Shown: piece after piece, positions 47,033-57,417 of the stretch
How the letters are laid out: each line of letters starts with the position of its first letter
Position numbering within the stretch: the stretch's first letter is position 1
Assembly (NCBI GenBank): GCA_013911715.1
Contig: JACEST010000001.1
Location: 12 to 64,011 of the forward strand
Source of the DNA: Sphingopyxis sp.
Lineage (GTDB): Bacteria > Pseudomonadota > Alphaproteobacteria > Sphingomonadales > Sphingomonadaceae
Reading direction: 5' to 3'
Length of the DNA: 64,000 nucleotides
Notes under the pieces: generated by a model
The model's database searches: none
The model's input: the letters and a program-made list of their open reading frames with translations, nothing else
What the model was told of the DNA's origin: nothing
Translations under genes and position numbers: made by a program

Positions 47033-47297
47033 AGGGTCAGGACCCATCAAATGCGCGTTCGAGGTTTGAGGCCATTTTGCTCAGTGCTAGGCGGCAAGCG
47101 GCGGCAATATGTCGATATTGCAACGCTTGCCAACGACGCAATGGGCAAAATGGGTCAAATCCGAAGGACGTCGAAATGGCTTCGATCTCGAAGCAAAATG
47201 CCCTTGCGGGTAGCGATGCTACCCGGCTGCGGACATTTTCCTCCGATATCTTCGCCATTTCGACGCCTCGAATGTGCATTTGACGGGTCCTGACCCT
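47033..47297. mobile_element. MITE-like branched palindromic element
   Basis: 32 bp terminal inverted repeats (29/32) AGGGTCAGGACCC...; internal hairpins 47065-47159 and 47169-47265; no transposase. Confidence 0.7.
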
Positions 47298-47322
47298 AAC
47301 AGGGGGCGAGCCGCGCACGACC

Positions 47323-47889
47323 ATGTTCCATCCCGAACTGACCCGACATCCCGATGCTTGCCCTGCGCTGGTGCTGAACGCCGATTATACGCCGCTCAGC
47401 TACTATCCGCTCAGCCTGTGGCCGTGGCAGACTGCGGTCAAGGCCGTTTTCCTGGACCGCGTGATCATCGTCGAAAACTATGCGAGGGAGATTCATTCCC
47501 CTACGCGAACGATGGCGATCCCCAGCGTGATTGCTTTGAAGCAATATGTGAAGCCGTCGCAGCACCCGGCCTTCACCCGCTTCAACCTGTTCCTGCGCGA
47601 CCGGTTCCAGTGCCAATATTGCGGGTCGGGCAAGGATTTGACCTTCGACCATGTCGTCCCGCGCCGCCTGGGCGGCCAGACGAGCTGGGAAAATGTCACC
47701 GCCGCCTGCGCGCCGTGCAACCTCAAAAAAGGTGGCCGCACCCCGGCACAGGCGCATATGCCGCTCTATCGCCAGCCGTGGCGGCCGACCAACTGGCAAT
47801 TGCAGGACAATGGCCGCGCATTCCCGCCGAACCATCTGCATGAAAGCTGGATGGACTGGCTCTACTGGGATGTCGAGCTGGAGGCGTAG
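47323..47889 (+). CDS. HNH endonuclease (McrA/COG1403-like)
   Basis: LVLNADY.PL, RD...CQYCG, LTFDHVVPR..GG..WEN...C..CN.KKG. Confidence 0.92.
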   Translation: MFHPELTRHPDACPALVLNADYTPLSYYPLSLWPWQTAVKAVFLDRVIIVENYAREIHSPTRTMAIPSVIALKQYVKPSQHPAFTRFNLFLRDRFQCQYCGSGKDLTFDHVVPRRLGGQTSWENVTAACAPCNLKKGGRTPAQAHMPLYRQPWRPTNWQLQDNGRAFPPNHLHESWMDWLYWDVELEA

Positions 47890-47918
47890 CGCGTTTTCCG
47901 CCGCGACTGCGTTTAGGC

Positions 47919-48056
47919 GGTTCGCACGAAGACACAAAGACACGAAGAATGCGGCGCTTTGCCGCGTAGCGGCTTTCGATCCAACGCTCATCGATTGCAG
48001 CGCGGCTTCGCCGCCTATGCTTAGCTCTTCGTGCCTTTGTGTCTTCGTGCGAAACC
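47919..48056. repeat. Long palindromic repeat
   Basis: TTCGCACGAAGACACAAAGACACGAAGA ... TCTTCGTGCCTTTGTGTCTTCGTGCGAA. Confidence 0.8.
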
Positions 48057-48148
48057 AAAGAATCCGATACTCGCGTCACTGCCCAAGTTTCCCCTGAAAC
48101 CAACCTCTGCTTGACCCGCGCCTTGCTGCGGCGCAACAAAAGCGCGCC

Positions 48149-50833
48149 ATGGCCACTTCGCTCGACGCCCGCCCTGCGATCACGCAAAACCCTGATATTC
48201 GCTATCTCGGGCGCATCCTCGGCGATGTGATCCGCGCCTATGGCGGCGAAAAACTCTATCGCCAGACCGAATATATCCGTGTCGTGAGCGTTGACCGGCA
48301 TCGCGGCGTGGCGGGGGCCGATGCGATCGATCCGGGGCTCGACGCCCTCGGGCTCGACGACACCATCGCCTTTGTGCGCGGTTTCATGCTCTTTTCGATG
48401 CTCGCCAACCTTGCTGAGGACCGGCAGGGCGTCGCTGCCGACCCCGGCGCAAGCGTCGCCGAGGCGCTCGATAAATTGGCGGCGGCGGGGATCGATGGTG
48501 ACGCCATCGCCGCGCTCACCGACGCCGCGCTGATCGTCCCGGTGCTCACCGCGCACCCGACCGAGGTGCGGCGCAAATCGATGCTCGACCACAAGAACCG
48601 CATCGCGCGGCTGATGCTCGCGCGCGACCACGGCGCGGCGGCCAGCGAAGAGGGCGACGATATCGAGACCGCGATCCGGCGCCAGGTCGCGCTACTGTGG
48701 CAGACGCGCCCGCTGCGCACCGAGAAACTGGTGGTGGCCGACGAGATTGACAATGCGCTGACCTATTTGCGCGATGTCTTCGTGCCGGTGCTGCCGCAGC
48801 TCTATGCGCGGTGGGAGGCGGCCTTGGGCCAGCGCCCGGCACCGTTCCTGCGCGTCGGCAGCTGGATCGGCGGCGACCGCGACGGCAATCCCTTTGTCAC
48901 GGCGGACACGCTCGAATATGCCGCCCGCGCCTCGGCCGGCGCGATATTATCGCACTATCTCGATGCGGTGCATGCGCTCGGCGCCGAATTGTCAGTGTCG
49001 TCCGGCCTCGCCCCAGTGTCGGCAGAGGTCGCCGCGCTCGCCGAAGCGAGCGGCGACATGAGCGCCAGCCGCCGCGACGAACCCTATCGCCGCGCGCTCG
49101 CGGGCATCTATGCGCGGCTTGCCGCCACCCATGTGGCGCTGACGGGCAGCGCGCCGCAGCGCCCTTCCAAACTGGCCGGAGCGCCCTATCCCGACGCCGC
49201 CGCACTGCGCGCCGACCTGGTCGCCATCGCGCACAGCTTGGCGAGCGGCGGCGACGGCATCTTGGCCGGGCCGGGCGATCTTGGCCGATTGATCCGCAGC
49301 GTCGAGATATTCGGCTTCCACCTCGCCACGCTCGACATGCGCCAGAACAGTGCGGTGCACGAACGCGTGCTCGCCGAACTGCTGCGCGTCGCCGGGGTGC
49401 AGGATGATTATGCCGCGCTTGACGAGGAGGCGCGCGTGGCACTGCTCACCCATGAGCTCAAGAAAGACCGCCCGCTCGGCGCGCCATGGCATAGCTATTC
49501 GGACGAAACGGCGGGCGAACTCGCCATCATCCACACCGCCGCCAAATTGCGCGCCCAGCTTGGTGCGCCGGTCATCCGCCAATGGATTATCAGCAAAGCC
49601 GAAAGCCTGTCGGACCTGCTCGAGGTGCATGTCCTCGCGCGCGAGGCCGGGCTGTGGCGGCGGGGTGCAGGGGCCGACGATGCGCTGATGGTTGTGCCCC
49701 TGTTCGAAACCATCGCCGACCTTGAAACCGCGCCGGGCATCATGGCCGCCTATTTCGCGCTCCCCGCCATCGCGGCCGTGACCAAGGCGCGCGGGCATCA
49801 GGAAGTGATGATCGGCTATTCGGATTCGAACAAGGATGGCGGCTATCTCACGTCGACCTGGGGGTTGCATCAGGCCTCGCGCGCGCTGACCCCGGTGTTC
49901 GCCGCAGCTGGCGTGCGGATGCAGCTGTTTCACGGGCGCGGCGGCGCGGTCGGGCGCGGCGGCGGCAGCGCCTTTGCCGCGATCCGCGCGCAACCCGAAG
50001 GCACGGTGCAGGGCCGCATCCGCATCACCGAACAGGGCGAGGTGATCGCGGCGAAATTCGGCACGCGCGACAGCGCAGTGCGCAACCTTGAGGCGATGGT
50101 CTCGGCCAGCCTGCTCGCCAGCCTCGAACCGCCGGTATCATCGGTGGCGGGCAAAAAATTCGCCGCCGCGATGGACGATCTGTCGGCGCGCGCCTTCGCC
50201 GCCTATCGCGCCCTCGTCTATGAGACGCCGGGGTTCCGCCAGTTTTTTCGCAGCATGACGCCGATTGCCGAAATCGCCACGCTCAAGATCGGCTCGCGCC
50301 CGCCGAGCCGGACCAAAAGCGACGCGATCGAGGATTTGCGCGCCATCCCCTGGGTGTTCAGCTGGGCGCAGGCGCGCACGATGCTGCCCGGCTGGTATGG
50401 GATGGGCGAAGCGCTCGCCGATTTCCCTGATCAGGGGCTGCTAAGCGCGATGGCAGCGGAATGGCCCTTTTTTGCCTCGGCGCTGGCCAATATGGAAATG
50501 GTGCTCGCCAAATCGGACATGGGCATCGCCGCGCGCTATGCTGCGCTGGCCGCGCATGTCGATGGCGGCGAGGCGATCTTTGCGCGGATCACCGACGGCT
50601 GGCACCGCGCCCATGATGGGCTGCTTTCCGCCACCGGCCAAGCGCATCTGCTCGAGAAAAGCCCGGCACTCGACGCGTCAATCCGCCTGCGGCTGCCCTA
50701 TATCGAACCGCTCAACCTCTTACAGATCGAACTGATGAAACGCCACCGCGCGGGGGAAACCGACCCGCGCATCGCCGAGGGCATCCAGCTGACGATTAAC
50801 GCGATTGCGACAGCGCTGCGGAATAGCGGGTGA
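48149..50833 (+). CDS. ppc: Phosphoenolpyruvate carboxylase
   Basis: [50 protein letters not shown] terminus. Confidence 0.98.
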   Translation: MATSLDARPAITQNPDIRYLGRILGDVIRAYGGEKLYRQTEYIRVVSVDRHRGVAGADAIDPGLDALGLDDTIAFVRGFMLFSMLANLAEDRQGVAADPGASVAEALDKLAAAGIDGDAIAALTDAALIVPVLTAHPTEVRRKSMLDHKNRIARLMLARDHGAAASEEGDDIETAIRRQVALLWQTRPLRTEKLVVADEIDNALTYLRDVFVPVLPQLYARWEAALGQRPAPFLRVGSWIGGDRDGNPFVTADTLEYAARASAGAILSHYLDAVHALGAELSVSSGLAPVSAEVAALAEASGDMSASRRDEPYRRALAGIYARLAATHVALTGSAPQRPSKLAGAPYPDAAALRADLVAIAHSLASGGDGILAGPGDLGRLIRSVEIFGFHLATLDMRQNSAVHERVLAELLRVAGVQDDYAALDEEARVALLTHELKKDRPLGAPWHSYSDETAGELAIIHTAAKLRAQLGAPVIRQWIISKAESLSDLLEVHVLAREAGLWRRGAGADDALMVVPLFETIADLETAPGIMAAYFALPAIAAVTKARGHQEVMIGYSDSNKDGGYLTSTWGLHQASRALTPVFAAAGVRMQLFHGRGGAVGRGGGSAFAAIRAQPEGTVQGRIRITEQGEVIAAKFGTRDSAVRNLEAMVSASLLASLEPPVSSVAGKKFAAAMDDLSARAFAAYRALVYETPGFRQFFRSMTPIAEIATLKIGSRPPSRTKSDAIEDLRAIPWVFSWAQARTMLPGWYGMGEALADFPDQGLLSAMAAEWPFFASALANMEMVLAKSDMGIAARYAALAAHVDGGEAIFARITDGWHRAHDGLLSATGQAHLLEKSPALDASIRLRLPYIEPLNLLQIELMKRHRAGETDPRIAEGIQLTINAIATALRNSG

Positions 50834-50853
50834 AATCGCGTCAACAAAATGTC

Positions 50854-50942
50854 TCGTCATTCCCGCGTAGGCGGGAATCTATCTCCGGCTGGTGAAAACT
50901 TCGAATCAATCCGTTGGATCCCCGCCAGCGCGGGGATGACGA
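50854..50942. repeat. REP-like doublet between convergent genes
   Basis: TCGTCATTCCCGCGTAGGCGGGAATC ... GATCCCCGCCAGCGCGGGGATGACGA. Confidence 0.85.
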
Positions 50943-50969
50943 AGGGCAGGAATGCCTTGCATTCGTTAC

Positions 50970-51773
50970 TCAACCCCCCAGCCCGTGCCTTACATCGCCG
51001 TGTACCAACCCACCGTCGACGGTGATGGTGTCGCCGATGACATAATTGCCCGACGGTGCGGCGAGATAGATGGCCGCCGCCGCCATGTCTTCGGGGATGC
51101 CGATGCGGCGTGCGGGGATACCCTTCGCGACGGCATCGCCATGGTCGCGCGCGACCTTGTTCATCTCGGACTGAAACGCGCCCGGCGCAATCGCGGTGAC
51201 GATGATATTGTCGTGCACCAGCCGCGCCGCGAGCCGCTTGGTGAGGTACAGGATTGCCGATTTCGACGCATGATAGCTGTAGGTTTCCCAAGGATTGAGA
51301 CGCTGGCCGTCGATCGAGCCGATGTTGATGACCTTGGCAGGCTGGCTGCCCCCGCCGCCCGCTTTCAGCAGCGGATAGAGCGCCTGCGTCAGAAAGAACG
51401 GCGATTTGACATTGAGGTCCATCACCTTGTCCCACCCCGCCTCGGGGAAGCCCTCGAACGGCTCGCCCCACGCCGCCCCGGCATTGTTGACGAGGATGTC
51501 GAGCCGATCTTCGCGCGCCTCCAGCTCTTTCGCCAGCGCGCGGCAACCTTCGACCGTCGACAGGTCGATCGGCAGGCCGATGACCTTGCCCGGATAGCGG
51601 CTGTTGAAATCATTGACCGCTGCCTCGACCTGGTCGGTCTTGCGTGCGCTGATGTAAACGCGCTCGCATCCGGCGGCGAGATAGCCCTCGACAATCATCG
51701 CGCCAATGCCGCGCGACCCGCCGGTGACCAGCGCGATGCGGCCGTGCAGGCCGAAGAGTTTGTTCAGATCCAT
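50970..51773 (-). CDS. SDR family oxidoreductase
   Basis: TGGSRGIG, NNAG, YHASK; ATG 51773. Confidence 0.92.
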   Translation of the reverse strand: MDLNKLFGLHGRIALVTGGSRGIGAMIVEGYLAAGCERVYISARKTDQVEAAVNDFNSRYPGKVIGLPIDLSTVEGCRALAKELEAREDRLDILVNNAGAAWGEPFEGFPEAGWDKVMDLNVKSPFFLTQALYPLLKAGGGGSQPAKVINIGSIDGQRLNPWETYSYHASKSAILYLTKRLAARLVHDNIIVTAIAPGAFQSEMNKVARDHGDAVAKGIPARRIGIPEDMAAAAIYLAAPSGNYVIGDTITVDGGLVHGDVRHGLGG

Positions 51774-51780
51774 AACGAGA

Positions 51781-51874
51781 ACTCCGTCTACCCTGAGCTT
51801 GTCGAAGGGTCGTTCTTGTCTTGCCCAGTCCAAAGTAAAGGACAGCCCTTCGACAAGCTCAGGGCAGGCGGGGT
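51781..51874. repeat. Intergenic palindromic repeat family B
   Basis: CCCTGAGCTTGTCGAAGGG ... CCCTTCGACAAGCTCAGGG. Confidence 0.85.
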
Positions 51875-51885
51875 GTGTGGTCTGA

Positions 51886-53004
51886 TTAGTAACCGTTCAA
51901 CCGCGCAACGCGGTCGATATGATAATGCGCGTCGCCCATATATTCGGCGAGCGCGCGGTCGCGTTTCATGAACAGGCCGATGTCATATTCGTCGGTCATG
52001 CCGATGCCGCCGTGCATCTGCACGCCTTCGCGCACCGCCAGATTGCACGCGCGCGATGCTTTGGCCTTGGCGACCGACACCATCAGCGGGGCGCCCGCAT
52101 TGCCCTCGTCGAGCAATTGCTGCGCCTTCATCACCGTCGCGCGCGCAACCTCCATCTCGCCATAGAGATGCGCGGCGCGGTGCTGGAGCGCCTGAAACTC
52201 GCCGATCAATTTGCCGAACTGTTTGCGCTGTTTGAGATAGTCGACGGTCATGTCCATCGCACCCTGTCCGACGCCGACCAACTCGGCCGACGCGCCGGTG
52301 CGCGTTGCCGCGAGCAGCGCGTCGAGCACCGCCTGACCCTGCCCAACCTCGCCGACGACGGCATCGGCGTCGACCATCACGCCGTCGAGCGTGACATGGC
52401 TGGCCAAGCTGCTGTCGACCAAGCGGCGCGGATCGGCGGTTAGCCCAGCGCTGTCCTTGGGCACCGCGAACAGCGTTACGCCGTCGTCGCTGGTGGCCGC
52501 AACCAGCACCAGGTCGGCGACATGGCCGTGCAGCACAAAGCTCTTCTTGCCGTCGAGCCGGAAGCCGTTGCCGCTGCGCGTCGCGGTCGTCGCGATGCGT
52601 TCGGGGCGATGCTTGGCACCCTCGTCGATGGCGAGCGCCGCGATGGCTTCGCCCGCTGCAATCGCGGGCAGCCAGCGCGCGGCTTGCGTCCCGCCTGCTT
52701 TGCTGAGCGCCGCAACGGCACCAACGCTGGTCGACAGGAATGGCGACGGCGTCAGGTTGCGGCCGATTTCCTCCAGCACAATCCCCGCCTCGGCATGGCC
52801 CATGCCGAGCCCGCCATGTGCTTCGGGCACCATCACGCCGGGCAAGCCCATTTCGGTAAAGCTCGCCCATAATTCTCGCGCAAATCCGGTCTCATCCTTG
52901 GCATCGCGCAGCTTGCGCAGATGCGCCACCGGCGCATGGTCGGCGATGAACGGCGCAACGCTGTCCTTGAGCATCGCCTGATCGTCATTGTGGTAAAGTG
53001 GCAT
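51886..53004 (-). CDS. Acyl-CoA dehydrogenase (PimD-like partner subunit)
   Basis: RKQFG..IG.FQALQH, QMHGGIGMT.E. Confidence 0.9.
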   Translation of the reverse strand: MPLYHNDDQAMLKDSVAPFIADHAPVAHLRKLRDAKDETGFARELWASFTEMGLPGVMVPEAHGGLGMGHAEAGIVLEEIGRNLTPSPFLSTSVGAVAALSKAGGTQAARWLPAIAAGEAIAALAIDEGAKHRPERIATTATRSGNGFRLDGKKSFVLHGHVADLVLVAATSDDGVTLFAVPKDSAGLTADPRRLVDSSLASHVTLDGVMVDADAVVGEVGQGQAVLDALLAATRTGASAELVGVGQGAMDMTVDYLKQRKQFGKLIGEFQALQHRAAHLYGEMEVARATVMKAQQLLDEGNAGAPLMVSVAKAKASRACNLAVREGVQMHGGIGMTDEYDIGLFMKRDRALAEYMGDAHYHIDRVARLNGY

Positions 53005-53014
53005 TATCCAAATC

Positions 53015-53127
53015 CCGTTCGTCCTGAGGAGCCGCTGAGCTTGTCGAAGCGGCGTCTCGAAGGACCGCGGCTCGGGTCCTTCGAGACGGGCCTTCGCATC
53101 CGCTCAGTCCCTCCTCAGGACGAACGG
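53015..53127. repeat. Composite palindromic repeat (family A/B hybrid)
   Basis: CCGTTCGTCCTGAGGAG ... CTGAGCTTGTCGAAG ... CTCCTCAGGACGAACGG. Confidence 0.8.
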
Positions 53128-53138
53128 ATGTTGGGACG

Positions 53139-54320
53139 TCACGCCCCCGGCAAATCCAATATCCGTTTCGCAATCACGTTCAGCATCACTTCGCTGGTGC
53201 CGCCTTCGATCGAATTGGCCTTGGTGCGCAGCCAGCTGCGCGGGCGCGCGCCGCCGCCGGTTTCGGCGCTGTCCCATTCGAGCGCGGTCGATCCGCCGCC
53301 TGCCATCACCAGCTCGTGGCGCCGCTTGTTCAGCTCGGTGCCGACATATTTCATCATGTTCGACGATGCGGGATGCGCGCGGCCGGTTTTCCACATGTCC
53401 ATGAAACGCTCGCCCATCGCGCGATAAGCGAACACCTCGACATCGAACGCCGCCATTTCGGCGCGCAGGATCGGATCGTCGAGCTCGCCATTGGCGTTCA
53501 GCCCCAGCGACCGCGCAAAATGCCCGCCGACGCTGACCATATCGCCGCCCGCGCCGCCGCCCGAAATCATCTCGCGTTCGTGGCCGAGCAGATATTTGGC
53601 AACATCCCAGCCGCGATTGACCTCGCCGATAAACTGGGTTTTCGGCACCGCCACATCGTCAAAGAATGTCTCGCAGAACGGGCTGTTGCCCGAAATCAGC
53701 AGGATCGGCTTGGTGGTCACCCCGGGCGTTTCCATGTCGAACAGCATGAAGGTGATGCCCTGATATTTATTCGCCTTGTCGGTGCGGACCAGGCAGAAAA
53801 TCCAGTCGGACTTGTCGGCATAGCTGGTCCAGATCTTGCTGCCATTGACGACCCAATGGTCGCCGCGATCTTCGCCAAAGGTCTGAAGGCTGACCAGATC
53901 GCTGCCCGATCCCGGTTCGCTATAGCCCTGGCACCAGCGGATTTCGCCGCGCGCAATCTGGCCCAGATAATGGACCTTCTGTTCCTCGGTGCCAAATTGC
54001 AACAACGCGGGGCCAAGCATCCAGATGCCGAAGCTGTCGAGCGGAGAGCGCGCGTGCAAGCGCTTCATTTCCTGCCGCAACACCTTGGTTTCTTCGGGGG
54101 TCAGGCCCGCACCGCCATAGGCTTTCGGCCAGTCGGGAACGGTATAGCCCTTGGCGACGCACGCCTCGAGCCATGCGCGCTGAGCATCATTTTTGAACAC
54201 CCATTTGCGCCCACCCCAGCAAATATCGTCCTCGTCCTTGATCGGCAGGCGCATCTCGGCGGGGCAGTTCGCCTCCAGCCAGCCGCGCACCTCGGTGCGA
54301 AAACTCTCCAGATCGTTCAT
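53139..54320 (-). CDS. Acyl-CoA dehydrogenase (PimC-like)
   Basis: WCQGYSEPGSGSDL, NGSKIWTS, IEGGTSEV; GGAGAGG RBS before ATG 54320. Confidence 0.92.
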   Translation of the reverse strand: MNDLESFRTEVRGWLEANCPAEMRLPIKDEDDICWGGRKWVFKNDAQRAWLEACVAKGYTVPDWPKAYGGAGLTPEETKVLRQEMKRLHARSPLDSFGIWMLGPALLQFGTEEQKVHYLGQIARGEIRWCQGYSEPGSGSDLVSLQTFGEDRGDHWVVNGSKIWTSYADKSDWIFCLVRTDKANKYQGITFMLFDMETPGVTTKPILLISGNSPFCETFFDDVAVPKTQFIGEVNRGWDVAKYLLGHEREMISGGGAGGDMVSVGGHFARSLGLNANGELDDPILRAEMAAFDVEVFAYRAMGERFMDMWKTGRAHPASSNMMKYVGTELNKRRHELVMAGGGSTALEWDSAETGGGARPRSWLRTKANSIEGGTSEVMLNVIAKRILDLPGA

Positions 54321-54339
54321 GGTCGCAATTCCTCTCCAA

Positions 54340-54355
54340 TTGACGTGAACGTAAA
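54340..54355. promoter_or_regulatory. LiuR-like operator
   Basis: TTGACGTGAACGTAAA, near-palindrome TTACGT-NN-ACGTAA, about 20 bp upstream of acyl-CoA dehydrogenase. Confidence 0.7.
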
Positions 54356-54554
54356 GCGACTCGCACCCCATACGCAAGCGTCAACTGCCGGCGCTGCAAA
54401 GACGTTTCAGCCGCCGTAGCGGCAACGACAGGCCCGTTGACGCGGTCGGCCCCGCCCCTAAGCTGAGTTGACAGGAGCGGGAGAGAATGACGATGCGATT
54501 CGCCGAAAGGGCGGCGGCCATCACCAGCGCTGTTGCGGTTGCCGGAACTGCTGC

Positions 54555-55952
54555 ATGACGGTGGAGGCTGCCACTGCGGCGCCATTCGATGCGGCCGACC
54601 CGGGGGTGCCGCTGGCCACTCGCTTCTTTTATGGCATGGGCGCGATCGCCTATGGCATCAAGGACAACGGCTTTTCGGTATTTCTGCTGCTCTATTACAA
54701 CCAGATCATCGGCCTCGACGCTGGGCTGGTCGGGTTGATGTTGCTGCTTGCCTTGCTCCTCGATGCGCTCATCGATCCGGCAGTCGGCCATCTTTCGGAC
54801 CGCACCCGCACGCGTTGGGGCCGCCGCCATCCCTGGCTCTATGCCTCTGCATTGCCGATTTTCCTCGGCTGGCTGGCGCTGTGGATGCCGCCCGATGTCG
54901 GTCAGGAACTGCAGCTGCTATGGCTGCTGGTCTTTGCAACGCTCGTGCGGATGAGCCTGTCGCTCAACGAAGTGCCATCGCTCGCGCTCGCTCCCGAAAT
55001 GACTCAAGATTATCATGAGCGCACGTCGATCATCGCGCTGCGCTTTTTCTTTGGCTGGTTTGGCGGGCTGGCCATGCTGGCAGCGGCCTATGGCCTGTTC
55101 CAGCTCGCCGACCCGGAGTTTGCGACGGTGCAAAGTTTCCGCGACTATGCGGTCGCCGGGGCCCTGGTCATGCTCGGCGCGGTGCTGGTATCGGCCATCG
55201 GAACGCATCGCCGGTTCGCCCGGCCCATGCATGCCGGCATGCACCAGCCTTCGCTGCGCGACATGCTGACTTGCCTGCGCTTCAAACCGTTTCAGATTTT
55301 GCTGCTCGCAGTGTTCTTTGCCTTTGCCAACCAGGGCGTGACCTTTGCCCTGTCCAACTATCTGCTCGCTTATGTGTGGAAATTCGGGTGGCAGGAACAG
55401 CTGCTTTATGCCTTAGCCCTGTTTTTCGCTGTGGCGCTTGCGCTGGTCATCGCGCGGCCGATGGGCGAACGCTATGGCAAACGCGGCGCCGCCGTGCGGC
55501 TTGCTATTGCAACCAATGTCATCGCTGTCATCCCTTATGCGCTGCTGGTGGTGGGCCTGTTCCCGGAAAGCGGGACGACGGCATCGCTGGCCGCCTATCT
55601 GCCGTTCGTTGCGCTATCGACCACGGCAGGTGTCGGGGTGATGGTAACCGCTGCGTCGATGATGGCTGACGTCACCACCGCGCACTATGAAATTACCGGC
55701 AAACAGCAGGAGGGCGTGTTCTTCTCGGGTCATTTTTTCATGCAGAAATGCGTCACGGGCATCGGCATTTTCCTGTCTGGGCAGATTTTGGTGCTGGTGG
55801 GCTTTCCGGCGCGGGCCAATCCGGCAACGATTGACGCCGACGTCGTCACTCGGCTTGCCCTTGTCTATGCCGCCGTCACTCTCGTGCTGGGACTCGACAC
55901 GGCCTGGGCGCTGTCGCGCTACCCGCTGCGCGACGACGCGCGGTCGTTTTAA
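54555..55952 (+). CDS. MFS transporter, GPH/MFS_2 family
   Basis: [29 protein letters not shown]...F..K; about 12 TM. Confidence 0.9.
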   Translation: MTVEAATAAPFDAADPGVPLATRFFYGMGAIAYGIKDNGFSVFLLLYYNQIIGLDAGLVGLMLLLALLLDALIDPAVGHLSDRTRTRWGRRHPWLYASALPIFLGWLALWMPPDVGQELQLLWLLVFATLVRMSLSLNEVPSLALAPEMTQDYHERTSIIALRFFFGWFGGLAMLAAAYGLFQLADPEFATVQSFRDYAVAGALVMLGAVLVSAIGTHRRFARPMHAGMHQPSLRDMLTCLRFKPFQILLLAVFFAFANQGVTFALSNYLLAYVWKFGWQEQLLYALALFFAVALALVIARPMGERYGKRGAAVRLAIATNVIAVIPYALLVVGLFPESGTTASLAAYLPFVALSTTAGVGVMVTAASMMADVTTAHYEITGKQQEGVFFSGHFFMQKCVTGIGIFLSGQILVLVGFPARANPATIDADVVTRLALVYAAVTLVLGLDTAWALSRYPLRDDARSF

Positions 55953-55994
55953 TCGACGGGGGGGTTGGCAAGCGGGGGCGAATCGGTCCAAAGG

Positions 55995-56010
55995 CTTACG
56001 TGAACGTAAA
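55995..56010. promoter_or_regulatory. LiuR-like operator
   Basis: CTTACGTGAACGTAAA immediately upstream of the acyl-CoA operon. Confidence 0.72.
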
Positions 56011-56026
56011 GGGAAGGATGCGCGGC

Positions 56027-57319
56027 ATGGAATTCGACCTCACCGACCGGCAGGTCTATTGGCGTGACCGGGTACGCGATTTCATCACGCGCAAGGTGCG
56101 TCCGGCGATGGCGACCTATAAGGAACAGGACCTGGCGGGCGAGCGCTGGAAAGTCATCCAGGTGGTCGAGGATCTGAAGGCCGAGGCCAAGGCGGCGGGT
56201 ATCTGGAACCTGTTCATGCCGCCGCGCAATGGCGGTCACCATCATGTCGATGAAAGCTATGAATTTGAAGGTCCGGGCCTTACCAACCTTGAATATGCGC
56301 TGTGCGCCGAAGAAATGGGGCGCGTCGGCTTCGCGTCCGAAGTGTTCAACTGCTCGGCCCCCGATACCGGCAATATGGAGGTGTTCCACCGCTACGGCAC
56401 CCGCGCGCAGAAGGACAAATGGCTCACCCCGCTGATGAATGGTCAGATTCGTTCGGCCTTTCTGATGACCGAACCGGCGGTCGCCTCGTCCGACGCGACC
56501 AACATCGAATGCCGCATCGACCGCGACGGCGATGATTATGTCATCAACGGCCGCAAATGGTGGTCATCCGGCGTTGGCGATCCGCGCTGCAAGGTCGCCA
56601 TCGTGATGGGCAAGACCGATTTCGGGGCGAAACGCCACGCCCAGCAGTCGATGGTGCTGGTGCCGATGGACACGCCGGGGGTCAAAATCCTCCGTCATCT
56701 GCCGGTGTTTGGTTATGACGACGCCCCGCACGGGCATATGGAGGTCGAGCTCAAGGACGTCCGCGTCAATGCCGAAGATGCGATGCTGCTTGGCGAAGGG
56801 CGCGGCTTTGAAATCGCCCAAGGCCGCCTCGGGCCAGGCCGCATTCACCATTGCATGCGCACCATTGGCGTCGCCGAAGAGGCGCTCGAAAAAATGTGCA
56901 AGCGGCTCCAGACGCGCGTCGCGTTCGGCAAGACGATTGCCGAACACAGCATCTGGGAACAGCGCATTGCGCGGGCGCGCATCGACATCGAAATGACGCG
57001 CCTGCTGTGCCTCAAGGCCGCCGACATGATGGACAAAGTCGGCAACAAAAGCGCTGCGGCCGAAATCGCGATGATCAAGGTGCAGGCGCCGAACATGGCG
57101 CTGCAAATCATCGATGACGCCATTCAGGCGCATGGCGGCGGCGGCGTGTCCGACGATTTCGGGCTGGCATCGGCCTATGCGCACCAACGCACGCTGCGGT
57201 TGGCTGACGGTCCCGACGAAGTTCACGCCCGCGCCATTGCGCGGATCGAGCTGGCGAAGCACGCAGCGGTCAAGGATGCGACCGGCTTTTCGTCGGGCGA
57301 TGTCGGGGTGAGCCGTTAA
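56027..57319 (+). CDS. Acyl-CoA dehydrogenase, ACAD10/11 (LvaC-like) subfamily
   Basis: [45 protein letters not shown]. Confidence 0.92.
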   Translation: MEFDLTDRQVYWRDRVRDFITRKVRPAMATYKEQDLAGERWKVIQVVEDLKAEAKAAGIWNLFMPPRNGGHHHVDESYEFEGPGLTNLEYALCAEEMGRVGFASEVFNCSAPDTGNMEVFHRYGTRAQKDKWLTPLMNGQIRSAFLMTEPAVASSDATNIECRIDRDGDDYVINGRKWWSSGVGDPRCKVAIVMGKTDFGAKRHAQQSMVLVPMDTPGVKILRHLPVFGYDDAPHGHMEVELKDVRVNAEDAMLLGEGRGFEIAQGRLGPGRIHHCMRTIGVAEEALEKMCKRLQTRVAFGKTIAEHSIWEQRIARARIDIEMTRLLCLKAADMMDKVGNKSAAAEIAMIKVQAPNMALQIIDDAIQAHGGGGVSDDFGLASAYAHQRTLRLADGPDEVHARAIARIELAKHAAVKDATGFSSGDVGVSR

Positions 57320-57334
57320 CCCGCCGCCCCATGC

Positions 57335-57406
57335 CCGTTCGTGTCGAGCGAAGTCGAGACACCGTGCTGGACAGAGGGGCATCTCGACTTCGCTCGATGC
57401 GAACGG
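57335..57406. repeat. Intergenic palindromic repeat family A
   Basis: CCGTTCGTGTCGAGCGAAGTCGAGA ... TCTCGACTTCGCTCGATGCGAACGG. Confidence 0.85.
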
Positions 57407-57417
57407 AGAAGTAAAAA

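Noticed and set aside
46990-47324. Short ORFs of 80-97 aa on both strands
   Set aside because: Arise from the palindromic MITE-like element; no coding motifs
47323-47889. HNH as IscB/Cas9-like RNA-guided nuclease
   Set aside because: 188 aa, no PLMP, RuvC or bridge helix; matches the common stand-alone alphaproteobacterial HNH family
51774-51833. N-terminal extension of the SDR (MDWARQERPFDKLRV)
   Set aside because: Translated repeat family B sequence; real start is ATG 51773
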